Origin: an uncultured Gemmobacter sp.
GTDB lineage: Bacteria > Pseudomonadota > Alphaproteobacteria > Rhodobacterales > Rhodobacteraceae
Reading direction: 5' to 3'
NCBI GenBank assembly: GCA_964439015.1
Contig: CAYTMV010000001.1
Coordinates: forward strand, 34,174-98,173
DNA: 64,000 nucleotides
Part shown: positions 56,396 through 64,000 of the stretch, piece after piece
Numbering within the stretch: position 1 is the first letter of the stretch
How the letters are laid out: every line of letters starts with the position of its first letter
Notes under the pieces: model-generated
The model's input: the letters and a program-made list of their open reading frames with translations, nothing else
The model's database searches: none
Told to the model about the DNA's origin: nothing
Made by a program: the position numbers and the translations under genes

Positions 56396-56768
56396 AGGTT
56401 GCGCTTCCGTTGGCGGCCCGGCCTTGGCGCCGGGAGGGATGTGGATGGTCTGGATCTCGCGGTGGGCTGTGCTGCGCCTGCATCCGGGCCCTGTGGCGAC
56501 GGGCCTGAGCGCCGACTTTGCAGCCAATCATCCGACCATTTCGGCGCGGGCTTCGGCCCCGGCGCTGTTGGAGGTGATGAACCGCCTGACCCCGGCCGAC
56601 AGCGGCACCTTCCGGGACTGGAAGGGCCGGCCGGTGCCGTGGGGAGGTCAGTCTGCGAGGACGTGGCGTAGTTTCATCGCCTCTGCCGGTGTGAGTCCGG
56701 TTGGCCATCGAAGTGAATGGTGGAGATGGAGTTTGAAGGCTTCAACCAAGGACCGTGCGAAGTCGCCG

Positions 56769-56930
56769 ATGACCAATACCACCATGGACCTGTCCGGGTT
56801 TCTGCCAAGGGAGTATCACGAAGACTGCTTGCACGGCATCGCCGAAGCCGTGCTGCGACTTTTCACGAAGACCGAGGTGGAAGGCATCGTCGGCGCCGGA
56901 CGACTCGAACGCAGCGGCTACCGAACCCAG
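56769..56930 (+). pseudogene. IS256-family (mutator-type) transposase N-terminal remnant
   Basis: MTNTTMDLSGFLPREYHEDCLHGIAEAVLRLFTKTEVEGIVGAGRLERSGYRTQ follows the pattern of IS256 transposase N-termini (..DLL.E.I....QRLMELEVE...GA...ERS...R.GYR). It stops after about 55 aa at the hemF 3-prime end. Confidence 0.5.
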
Positions 56931-56936
56931 CTGGGA

Positions 56937-57791
56937 TCAAATCCACTTGGCCAGCGGCGGCAGGCTCATCAACACGGCATCCGGGTTATGTCCGGTCTCC
57001 AGCCCGAACTTCGTGCCACGGTCGTAGACAAGATTGTATTCGGCATAAAGCCCGCGGTGGATCAGTTGCGTCTCGCGATCTGCATCGGTGAAAGGTTGGG
57101 CATGATGCCTTTCGGCCAGCGGCAGGAAGGCCGGCAGGAAGGCGCGGCCCACATCCTGCGTGAAGGCGAAATCTGCCGCCCAATCGCCGGTGTTCAGATC
57201 GTCGTAGAAGATCCCGCCCACGCCCCGTGCCCGCCCCCGGTGGGGGATGAAGAAATACTCATCTGCCCAGGCCTTGAAGCGCGGATAGCGGTCTGCGCCA
57301 TGGGCCTCGCAGGCAAGGCGCAGCGTGGCGTGGAAATGGGCGGTATCCTCGGGGTATTCGATGCAGGGATTGAGGTCGGCGCCACCGCCGAACCACCAGG
57401 CGCCCGGGGTCCAGAACATCCGCGTGTTCATGTGAACCGCCGGCGCGTGGGGGTTTTGCATATGGGCGACAAGGCTGATGCCGCTGGCCCAGAAACGCGG
57501 GTCCTCGGCCATGCCGGGCACGCCGCGCGCCGCCATCGCGGCCTGCGCCCGCGCGCCAAGGCTGCCCCAGACGGTCGAGATGTTGACGCCCACCTTTTCG
57601 AACACCCGGCCGCCGCGCATCACGCTCATCAATCCGCCGCCGCCATCCGGGCGGGAGGTGGGCGTGACCTCGAAGCGGCCTGCCGGACAAGCGCCGCCCG
57701 CCTGATCCTCCAGCCCTTCGAAGGCTGCAACGATCTGGTCGCGCAGGCTGGAAAACCACGCGGCTGCCTCGGTCTTTTCGCTGTCCATCAT
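56937..57791 (-). CDS. hemF: oxygen-dependent coproporphyrinogen III oxidase
   Basis: 284 aa from MMDSEKT. The HemF motifs are VFEKVGVNIS, HMNTRMF, WFGGGADL, RGRARGVGGIFYDD and GLYAEYNLVYDRGTKFGL. Confidence 0.9.
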   Translation of the reverse strand: MMDSEKTEAAAWFSSLRDQIVAAFEGLEDQAGGACPAGRFEVTPTSRPDGGGGLMSVMRGGRVFEKVGVNISTVWGSLGARAQAAMAARGVPGMAEDPRFWASGISLVAHMQNPHAPAVHMNTRMFWTPGAWWFGGGADLNPCIEYPEDTAHFHATLRLACEAHGADRYPRFKAWADEYFFIPHRGRARGVGGIFYDDLNTGDWAADFAFTQDVGRAFLPAFLPLAERHHAQPFTDADRETQLIHRGLYAEYNLVYDRGTKFGLETGHNPDAVLMSLPPLAKWI

Positions 57792-57900
57792 CCTCGCCCC
57801 TCCGGTTCGCACGGCGGCTTCTAACCGCATTGCCGCGCGCTTTCCAGAAACGGTTTGTCTGAGGCCCCTGCGCGCGCTAGCATTTGCGGGCAAGCAAAGG

Positions 57901-58308
57901 ATGTCCCCCATGAAACCGATCCACCCGCTGATCGCCATTCTGCCGCTGCTGGCCGCTTGCGGCACCCCGCAAGAGCAGTGCATCGCCCGCGAAACCCGCG
58001 ACCTGCGCGTGGTCGAGCAACTGATTGCGGAAAGCGAGCGCAATCTGGCGCGCGGTTATGCAATGGTCGAGACGACGGTCTGGCGGACAGACTGGGAGCC
58101 CTGCGGTCCCGTGATCGTCGACAAGAATGGCAAGGTGCTTCCGCGGCGCATGTGCCTTGAAGATGTGCCCGAAACGGTGCGCCGTCCCAAGGCGATCGAC
58201 CTGAACGCCGAGGCGGCGGCGCTGAAACAGCTGAAGGCCAAGCGGCTGTCGCTGCAAAAGGCGGCAGAGCCGGCGATTGCCGCCTGCCGCCGCGCCTATC
58301 CCCAGTGA
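57901..58308 (+). CDS. hypothetical lipoprotein
   Basis: 135 aa with the lipobox LLAAC. I recognise no family. Confidence 0.5.
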   Translation: MSPMKPIHPLIAILPLLAACGTPQEQCIARETRDLRVVEQLIAESERNLARGYAMVETTVWRTDWEPCGPVIVDKNGKVLPRRMCLEDVPETVRRPKAIDLNAEAAALKQLKAKRLSLQKAAEPAIAACRRAYPQ

Positions 58309-59112
58309 TCAGAACGCCGGGACGCGCACCGGATCCAGCAGCCCGCGGCCGCCATCCACCGTCAACACCTGCCCGGTGACGAACCCGGCGCCGTCCGAGG
58401 CCAGAAACTGCACCGCATCCACCAGTTCCGCCGGGGGCGCAATGCGGTGCAGGGGCGTGCCGTCGACGATCACCTGTCGCCACTCGGGGTGATCTTTCAG
58501 CTTGTATTGCAGGCAGGCCGACATGACCGAGCCGAAGGCGATCGCATTGACGCGGATGCCCTTGGGGGCCAGCGCGACCGCCATGGCGCGGGTCATCTGT
58601 TCGACCGCAGCAGCCGCGATCGAAAACCCAAGCAATTCCGGCTGCACCTGCCGAGCGGCGGTTGACGATAGGTTGATGATCGAACCTGAAGGGGCCTCGC
58701 CGGCGGCCTCGGCCTGCGCGATCATCCGCTTGGCTGTCATCTGGGTCAGGCGCAGGGCAGTCATCAGGTTTTGCTGAAGCATCTCCTCCACTGCGTCCTC
58801 ATCGGGGGAAAGCGGGTTGGAGGTCAGCATCTGCCGGCTGGCGTTGACCAACACATCCACGCGGCCAAAGGCATCTATCGTGGCGGACAAAAGGTTGGTG
58901 ATCGTCAGTTTCTTGCGCAGATCACCCGCAAACATCCGCACCGGACCCTCGGCCCGGGCGGCGGCGCCCAGCTCGGCGTCAAGCCGGGCCTCGTCGATAT
59001 CGGCAAAGACGACATTGGCGCCCCGGTCCTGAAAATGCCGGGCGATGGCCAGACCGACGCCATTGGCGGCCCCGGTGACAATGCAAGTCTTGCCGGTGAT
59101 GATCAGCGACAT
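58309..59112 (-). CDS. SDR family oxidoreductase
   Basis: 267 aa with the TGAANGVG cofactor motif and short-chain dehydrogenase length. Confidence 0.8.
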   Translation of the reverse strand: MSLIITGKTCIVTGAANGVGLAIARHFQDRGANVVFADIDEARLDAELGAAARAEGPVRMFAGDLRKKLTITNLLSATIDAFGRVDVLVNASRQMLTSNPLSPDEDAVEEMLQQNLMTALRLTQMTAKRMIAQAEAAGEAPSGSIINLSSTAARQVQPELLGFSIAAAAVEQMTRAMAVALAPKGIRVNAIAFGSVMSACLQYKLKDHPEWRQVIVDGTPLHRIAPPAELVDAVQFLASDGAGFVTGQVLTVDGGRGLLDPVRVPAF

Positions 59113-59121
59113 GGGATATCC

Positions 59122-60126
59122 TCAGAGGCGGCGCTTCACGGGGCGGCGCGCATGGGTCAGGCGGAAAGTGCCGTTGCCGCCAAGGTCTTCCACCTCCCGG
59201 AAGTGCTGGCGCAGCACCGCATCATAGGGCAGGTGGCGGTTGGCGACCATCCACAGATCGCCCTCGGGCGACAGGATGCGCGCCGCCGCAACGATGAATT
59301 CCGCCCCCAGCGCCGGATCGGCCTTGCGTGTGGTGTGGAACGGCGGGTTCATCACCACATGATCGGCGTGACCGTCGGCGCGGAACTGGGTGGCATCAGC
59401 CCAGACAAACCGCACCCGCGGATCGGCGCAGTTTTCGCGCGCGCAGGCCAGTGCATCAGCCTCGGCCTCGACCAGATCGAGACGCTTTACGCCCTTGCGT
59501 GCCAGCACGGCGCGGCCCAGATACCCCCAGCCTGCCCCCAGATCGACGGTGTAGCCGGGCAGATAATCCGGCAGCACCCCCGCCAGCAGGACCGAGGCAG
59601 GGTCGGGGCCATCGGCCGAGAAGACGCCCGGTCGGGTAACGAAATCCCCCTCGATCCGGATGGGCTGGGCGGCCCAATCTGAAAGTCGGTCGGTGGCGGC
59701 AAAATGCGCCAGCTTGCCATGCGCCTTTGCCACCGGTTTCGACAGCGCCACGCGGGTCCGCAGGTCTTTCAGCAGCGAATCGACGCCGTCGGTCTTGAAC
59801 CCGTCCACCACGACAAGCCCGCTGGGGACCACGGCCGCGCAGGCGGCCGCGATCAGGGCGCGGGCCTCGGCCTTGGCGCGGGGCAGGAACACGATCGCCC
59901 CCGCATGCCCCTGGCCCGCCTCGGTGGCGACGGTGAAACCGCGGGCGGCAAGCTGGTCATGGACGACCTTGTTGCCCTGCACCACGGTCAGCCGCGCGCG
60001 CGGCAGGCTGGCCAGCCCGTCCTCGGGGCGGGCGCGAAACAGCACGAGGCTGCCAGTTTCAGGCAGCGCCAGCGCACCGGTGTCCAGCGCATGGGCCAGA
60101 CGGGTATCTCGGTCGATCTCGGCCAT
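59122..60126 (-). CDS. class I SAM-dependent methyltransferase (RsmC/RlmG-like, NPPFH motif)
   Basis: 334 aa with a two-lobed layout. The C-terminal MTS domain has VDLGAGWG and VVMNPPFH. Confidence 0.7.
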   Translation of the reverse strand: MAEIDRDTRLAHALDTGALALPETGSLVLFRARPEDGLASLPRARLTVVQGNKVVHDQLAARGFTVATEAGQGHAGAIVFLPRAKAEARALIAAACAAVVPSGLVVVDGFKTDGVDSLLKDLRTRVALSKPVAKAHGKLAHFAATDRLSDWAAQPIRIEGDFVTRPGVFSADGPDPASVLLAGVLPDYLPGYTVDLGAGWGYLGRAVLARKGVKRLDLVEAEADALACARENCADPRVRFVWADATQFRADGHADHVVMNPPFHTTRKADPALGAEFIVAAARILSPEGDLWMVANRHLPYDAVLRQHFREVEDLGGNGTFRLTHARRPVKRRL

Positions 60127-60134
60127 GGTCCGGC

Positions 60135-61586
60135 TTATGACTCTCTGAACGCTCGGTTGAAGTAGTCGGTGAACGGCTTGATGAGGTAGGCAAGCGGGGT
60201 TCTGTCGTCGGTCTTGATGAAGGCTTCGACAGGCATGCCCGGCAGCAGCGTCAGACCTTCGAGCTTTTCGATCTCGCCTTGGTCCAGCGTGATTTCGGCG
60301 CGGTAGAAGGTCGCGCCGCTGCGCTGATCCGACAGGGCGTCGGCCGAAACTTTCGTGACATGGCCGGTCAGTTCCGGCGTGGTGCGCGAGGAAAAGGCCG
60401 AGAAGATCAGCTTGGCTTCCTGCCCCGCATAGACCTGATCGACATGGATCGGCGAAACCTGCGCCGCGATCACCAGCGGGCGGTCCTGAGGGATCAGATA
60501 CAGCACCGGATCGGCGGGGCGCAGCACCGAGCGCGGCGTTGTGGTCTGCAAGCCCAGCACCACCCCCGAAACCGGGGCGCGGATATCCAGCCGGGCCACC
60601 TGTTCCGTCAGGGCGCGGCGACGCTCGGCCAGCTCAAGCTCCTGGCTGCCGATGTCGCGCAGCTGGGTCGAGGCCTCTTCGCGGCGGGTGGAGGCCATGC
60701 GCAGCATCTCGATCTCGATTTCCGAAATGCTCTCGCGGGCCTGTGCCGCACTGGCCTCCAGCTCGCCCACTTGCCCGGCCAGCCGGGCCTCTTCGCGTTG
60801 CAGCGCCAGAACCCGGCTGGATTGCGCCAGCCCCTTGTCCAGCAGCGCCTGCTGATCGCCCAGTTCCTGACTGATCAGATTTTGCTGGGTGGTCAGGGCT
60901 GCGGATTGGGCGGTGATGCCCTTGATCTGCGACTCGATCTGGGCGCGGCGTTCGGTCAGTTGGGCCATCTGCCGCGAGAGGGTCTCGGCACGAGCCTCGA
61001 ACAGCAGCACCTGACCCTCCATCAGCTCGGCCACCTCTGGACGGGTCTTGGCCATGTCCTGAAGTTCGGCCGGGAAGGTGAACTCTGTCGCGTCGTCACG
61101 TTCGGCGGTCAGCCGGGCGCGGCGCGCCATGATCTCGAACAGCTGCCCCTCGACGATCGCAAGTTCCGATTTCACCAGCGATCCGTCCAGCGTCAGCAAC
61201 AGGTCGCCCGCCGCGACCTTATCGCCCTCCTTGACGGCGATGGACGCCACCACCCCGCCATCGGGATGCTGCACGACCTGGCGCGAGCTTTCGACCTCGA
61301 TCTGGCCCGGCGCGATCACCGCGCCGGCAATGTTGGTCGCGACCGACCAGATGCCAAAGCCGCCCAGCAGCACGGCCAATGAGACAAAGCCCACGATCAG
61401 GTGGCGACGCGGCGACCAGGCCTCGGCGGCGCCATCGACCGTGGGGCCGGAGGTTTTGAACGGCACCTTGGGCGCCTCGGCCGGGGTGGGGGCTGGGGCG
61501 GTGGCCTTGGCCACGGTGTCGGGCCGCGACTCCGGTTGCAGGATTGTCACGGCGGCGGCGTCGGGGCGTTTCGGGGACTCGCTCAT
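60135..61586 (-). CDS. HlyD family type I secretion periplasmic adaptor
   Basis: 483 aa with a single N-terminal TM helix, long coiled-coil and C-terminal barrel. It has an ATGA overlap with the upstream ABC gene. Confidence 0.85.
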   Translation of the reverse strand: MSESPKRPDAAAVTILQPESRPDTVAKATAPAPTPAEAPKVPFKTSGPTVDGAAEAWSPRRHLIVGFVSLAVLLGGFGIWSVATNIAGAVIAPGQIEVESSRQVVQHPDGGVVASIAVKEGDKVAAGDLLLTLDGSLVKSELAIVEGQLFEIMARRARLTAERDDATEFTFPAELQDMAKTRPEVAELMEGQVLLFEARAETLSRQMAQLTERRAQIESQIKGITAQSAALTTQQNLISQELGDQQALLDKGLAQSSRVLALQREEARLAGQVGELEASAAQARESISEIEIEMLRMASTRREEASTQLRDIGSQELELAERRRALTEQVARLDIRAPVSGVVLGLQTTTPRSVLRPADPVLYLIPQDRPLVIAAQVSPIHVDQVYAGQEAKLIFSAFSSRTTPELTGHVTKVSADALSDQRSGATFYRAEITLDQGEIEKLEGLTLLPGMPVEAFIKTDDRTPLAYLIKPFTDYFNRAFRES

Positions 61587-63331
61587 ACCACACCTCCGGG
61601 GGCAGCACTGGACTGGATCTCGTTGGCGTTCTTGACCATTTCGCGCAGCACCTGATCGCGGGGGCCAAAGGCACGGCGCATGCCGTCCTCGATCACCATC
61701 AGCAGGTCACACTCCTGGATGGCGGCGGGGCGGTGGGCCATGATGATCACCGATTTTCCCTGTTCCTTCATGGTCTTGATGGCGATGTTCAGCGCCACCG
61801 ACCCCTCGTTGTCGAGGTTCGAGTTCGGCTCGTCCAGCACCAGGATCACCGGGTCGCCATACATGGCGCGCGCAAGGCCGATCCGTTGGATCTGCCCGCC
61901 CGACAGCCGCCCGCCCAAGGCGGATACGCGGGTGTCATACCCTTCGGGCAGGCGCAGGATCATGTCATGCGCAGCGGCGCGCTGGGCGGCCTCGACCACC
62001 TTTGCCCCGTCCGGGTTACCCTGCAGGCGGGCGATATTCTCGGCGATCGTGCCCTCAAACAGCGTCACGCGCTGCGGCAGATAGCCGATATAGCTGCCGA
62101 AGGTGTCCGGGTCATATTGCTCGAGTGCCGCTCCATCGAGGCGCACCTTGCCGCCAGCGGGCCGCCAGACCCCGGTGATGGCCCGGGCCAGCGACGACTT
62201 GCCCGAGCCGGAGGGGCCGATGATCCCCAGCGCCTGACCCGGTTCCAACCGGAACGAGACCATCCGCAGCACCGCGGCCTGTTCGCCCGGCGGCACCACC
62301 GTCAGGTTCTGCGCCTCCAGCAGCGCGCGGGGGCGGGGCAGCCGGGTGCGTGGCGCTTCTTTGGGCACGCGGGTATAAAGTTCGGCCAGCCGGTTCCAGC
62401 CCTCCTGCGCGCGCTGCACCACCGCCCATTGGCCCACCGCCATCTCGATCGGCGACAGCGCACGGCCCATCAGGATCGAGCCCGCGATCATCGCCCCCGC
62501 CGACAACTCCTGTTGCAGCACCAGCCAGGCGCCGAGGCCCAGCATCGCCGATTGCAGGAACAGCCGGAAGGTCTTGGTCAGGGTGGAATAGCCGCCGCCG
62601 ATATCGGCCGCCGACATGGTCTCGGCCAGCGCCGCGCCGCGGGCGCGTTGCCAGCGGTCAAAGCCCGCGCCCTGCATCCCCAACGCCTGCACCACCTCGG
62701 ATTCGGCCTTGAGGTTTTCGGCAAAGCGTTCGGCCGCGAGGGTCGCGCTGTTGGCGCGATTGAGGGGGGTCTTGGTGGCGCGCTGGTTCATCACGGTCAT
62801 GGCGATCAGGATCGCCCCGCCCAGCACGGCCAGCCAGCCCATCCAGAAATGGAAAACGAAGATCGCGGCGATGTAAAGCGGCGTCCAGGGAATGTCGAAC
62901 AACGCCAGCAGCACCGGCGAGGCCCAGAGCCGTTGCAGCGATTCGAGGTCGCGTTGCGCGGCGATGGCGGCCGGATCGCCCGGGGCCATCTGGCTGCGGC
63001 GCAGCGCAGCCTCGAAGGTGCGCCGGTCCAGCCGGTCCTGAAAGCGCGCGCCGATTCGCGCCATGATACGCCCGCGCACATGATCGAGGATGCCCATCAT
63101 CAGGAACAGGAACACCACCAGCACCGACAGCGCCACCAGCGTGGCCTCGGACCGGCTGCCCAGCACCCGGTCATAGACTTGCAGCATGTAAAGCGGTCCG
63201 GTCAGCATCAGCAGGTTCACCACCACACTGAAGACAAACACCGCAAGGATCAGCCGCCGGGATTCTGCCCGCGCAGCCTTCAACTCCGCATATCCCGCCG
63301 CAAACAGACTTCCGGCATCAATCCGCGTCAT
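61583..63331 (-). CDS. type I secretion system permease/ATPase (PrtD-type, no C39 peptidase domain)
   Basis: Walker A is GPSGSGKSS, the signature is LSGGQIQR and Walker B is ILVLDEP. The ATG at 63331 has a GGAAGGA RBS; an upstream TTG at 63370 is possible. Confidence 0.85.
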   Translation of the reverse strand: MTRIDAGSLFAAGYAELKAARAESRRLILAVFVFSVVVNLLMLTGPLYMLQVYDRVLGSRSEATLVALSVLVVFLFLMMGILDHVRGRIMARIGARFQDRLDRRTFEAALRRSQMAPGDPAAIAAQRDLESLQRLWASPVLLALFDIPWTPLYIAAIFVFHFWMGWLAVLGGAILIAMTVMNQRATKTPLNRANSATLAAERFAENLKAESEVVQALGMQGAGFDRWQRARGAALAETMSAADIGGGYSTLTKTFRLFLQSAMLGLGAWLVLQQELSAGAMIAGSILMGRALSPIEMAVGQWAVVQRAQEGWNRLAELYTRVPKEAPRTRLPRPRALLEAQNLTVVPPGEQAAVLRMVSFRLEPGQALGIIGPSGSGKSSLARAITGVWRPAGGKVRLDGAALEQYDPDTFGSYIGYLPQRVTLFEGTIAENIARLQGNPDGAKVVEAAQRAAAHDMILRLPEGYDTRVSALGGRLSGGQIQRIGLARAMYGDPVILVLDEPNSNLDNEGSVALNIAIKTMKEQGKSVIIMAHRPAAIQECDLLMVIEDGMRRAFGPRDQVLREMVKNANEIQSSAAPGGVV

Positions 63332-63533
63332 AAAGCGTCCTTCCTTGCCCTGGGCGGTTGTCCGCGCCAATCGGCCAAAATCACCACATCGTGGACCACA
63401 GATCCGCGGGCGCGGATTGTCATTGCCGGTCGCTGCCTTTATGCCTGCGTCGAAAGATCGCCGCCGTCGTGGCGGGGGCGGTCAGGCGGGCATGGCGTCG
63501 GACAACGGTTTTCCACATTCATCGGGTTCTGTG

Positions 63534-64000
63534 ATGATTCAGAATAAAGGCATTCGCAAGGCTGGAATTGGCGCCGTCATGGCGACAATCCTGTTGGCAG
63601 GCTGCGCAGCCCCTCCGCCCGGTCCGATCGAGAACGATCCGAACGAGGCGCTGAACCGCAAGGTGCATGCCTTCAACAAGGGGTTGGACCGGGCGTTGTT
63701 GCGGCCGGCCTCGGATGTCTATGGCGTGGTGCCCAATCCCGTGCAGCGGGGGATCGGCAACTTTGCCGCCAACCTCGACCTGCCGGGCGATGTGCTGAAC
63801 AACCTGTTGCAGAACAACGGCCCTGATGCCGCCAACAATGCCGGTCGTTTTGTCATCAACACCGTGTTTGGTCTGGCGGGTATCCTCGATCCGGCCTCGG
63901 TGATGGGGCTGCCGCATCGCAAGACCGATTTCGGCGAGACGCTGCATCATTACGGCATGGCCGAAGGGGCCTATGTCGAGTTGCCCGGCTTTGGCCCGTC
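63534..64000 (+). CDS. mlaA: MlaA/VacJ family lipoprotein (3-prime end outside the window)
   Basis: I translated this frame by hand; it is not in the ORF track because it runs off the window. It reads MIQNKGIRKAGIGAVMATILLAGC..NEALNRKVHAFNKGLDRALLRP..GNFAANL..VINTVFGLAGILD. Confidence 0.75.
   Translation, partial: MIQNKGIRKAGIGAVMATILLAGCAAPPPGPIENDPNEALNRKVHAFNKGLDRALLRPASDVYGVVPNPVQRGIGNFAANLDLPGDVLNNLLQNNGPDAANNAGRFVINTVFGLAGILDPASVMGLPHRKTDFGETLHHYGMAEGAYVELPGFGP

Noticed and set aside
56648-56773. Minus-strand frame ending ...HHSLRWPTGLTPAEAMKLRHVLAD*, faintly reminiscent of the C-terminus of rve-type (IS3/IS481) transposases
   Set aside because: It is only about 40 aa and the similarity is vague. 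It overlaps the region that would be the 5-prime end of the IS256-like remnant. It cannot be supported without a database search.
63519-63950. 143-aa minus-strand ORF
   Set aside because: The opposite strand encodes a clear MlaA/VacJ lipoprotein N-terminus (lipobox LLAGC and conserved MlaA motifs) that runs off the window.

Overview
High-GC (roughly two-thirds G+C) chromosomal segment. Gene content points to an alphaproteobacterium of the Rhodobacteraceae type: ccoNOQP-ccoGHIS, a fused PhaAB antiporter, plant-type glutamate-cysteine ligase and a Paracoccus-like aa3 oxidase subunit IV. This taxonomic call is an inference. Most of the window is densely packed core metabolism. It includes ubiA, rsmE, gshA, plsY, the pyrB/pyrC-like genes, a family-4 UDG, deoC with a fused aldehyde dehydrogenase, the six-gene Pha/Mrp cation antiporter, adenine deaminase, tRNA-Ala(GGC), ETF-ubiquinone oxidoreductase, greA and mobA. 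It also includes the complete cbb3 oxidase structural and assembly clusters with four consensus FNR boxes, hemC/hemE/hemF, and a two-gene type I secretion module. The clearly accessory part is a block of about 14.5 kb (about 42.1-56.9 kb) between hemE and hemF. This block carries its own RpoN (sigma-54) paralog, a PAS-AAA+-HTH sigma-54 activator and a translationally coupled PAS-only protein. It also carries an MFS transporter, a cytochrome P450, two glutamine-synthetase-like ligases, an aldehyde dehydrogenase, a class-I amidotransferase-like hydrolase and a stand-alone CPR/CysJ-like diflavin reductase. I found three -24/-12 promoters placed directly in front of the three effector units. Two of them share an identical 21-nt sequence. 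An IS256-type transposase remnant sits at the hemF-side edge. I read the block as a self-contained, privately sigma-54-controlled catabolic module, probably gamma-glutamylation plus P450 oxidation of an amine. I do not recognise this combination as described. A second notable item is a class-II FNR promoter followed about 80 nt later by an intrinsic terminator between ccoP and ccoG, which is a candidate FNR-dependent small RNA. I saw no CRISPR array, rRNA, prophage or intact mobile element. The many long ORFs antisense to recognisable genes are high-GC artefacts.
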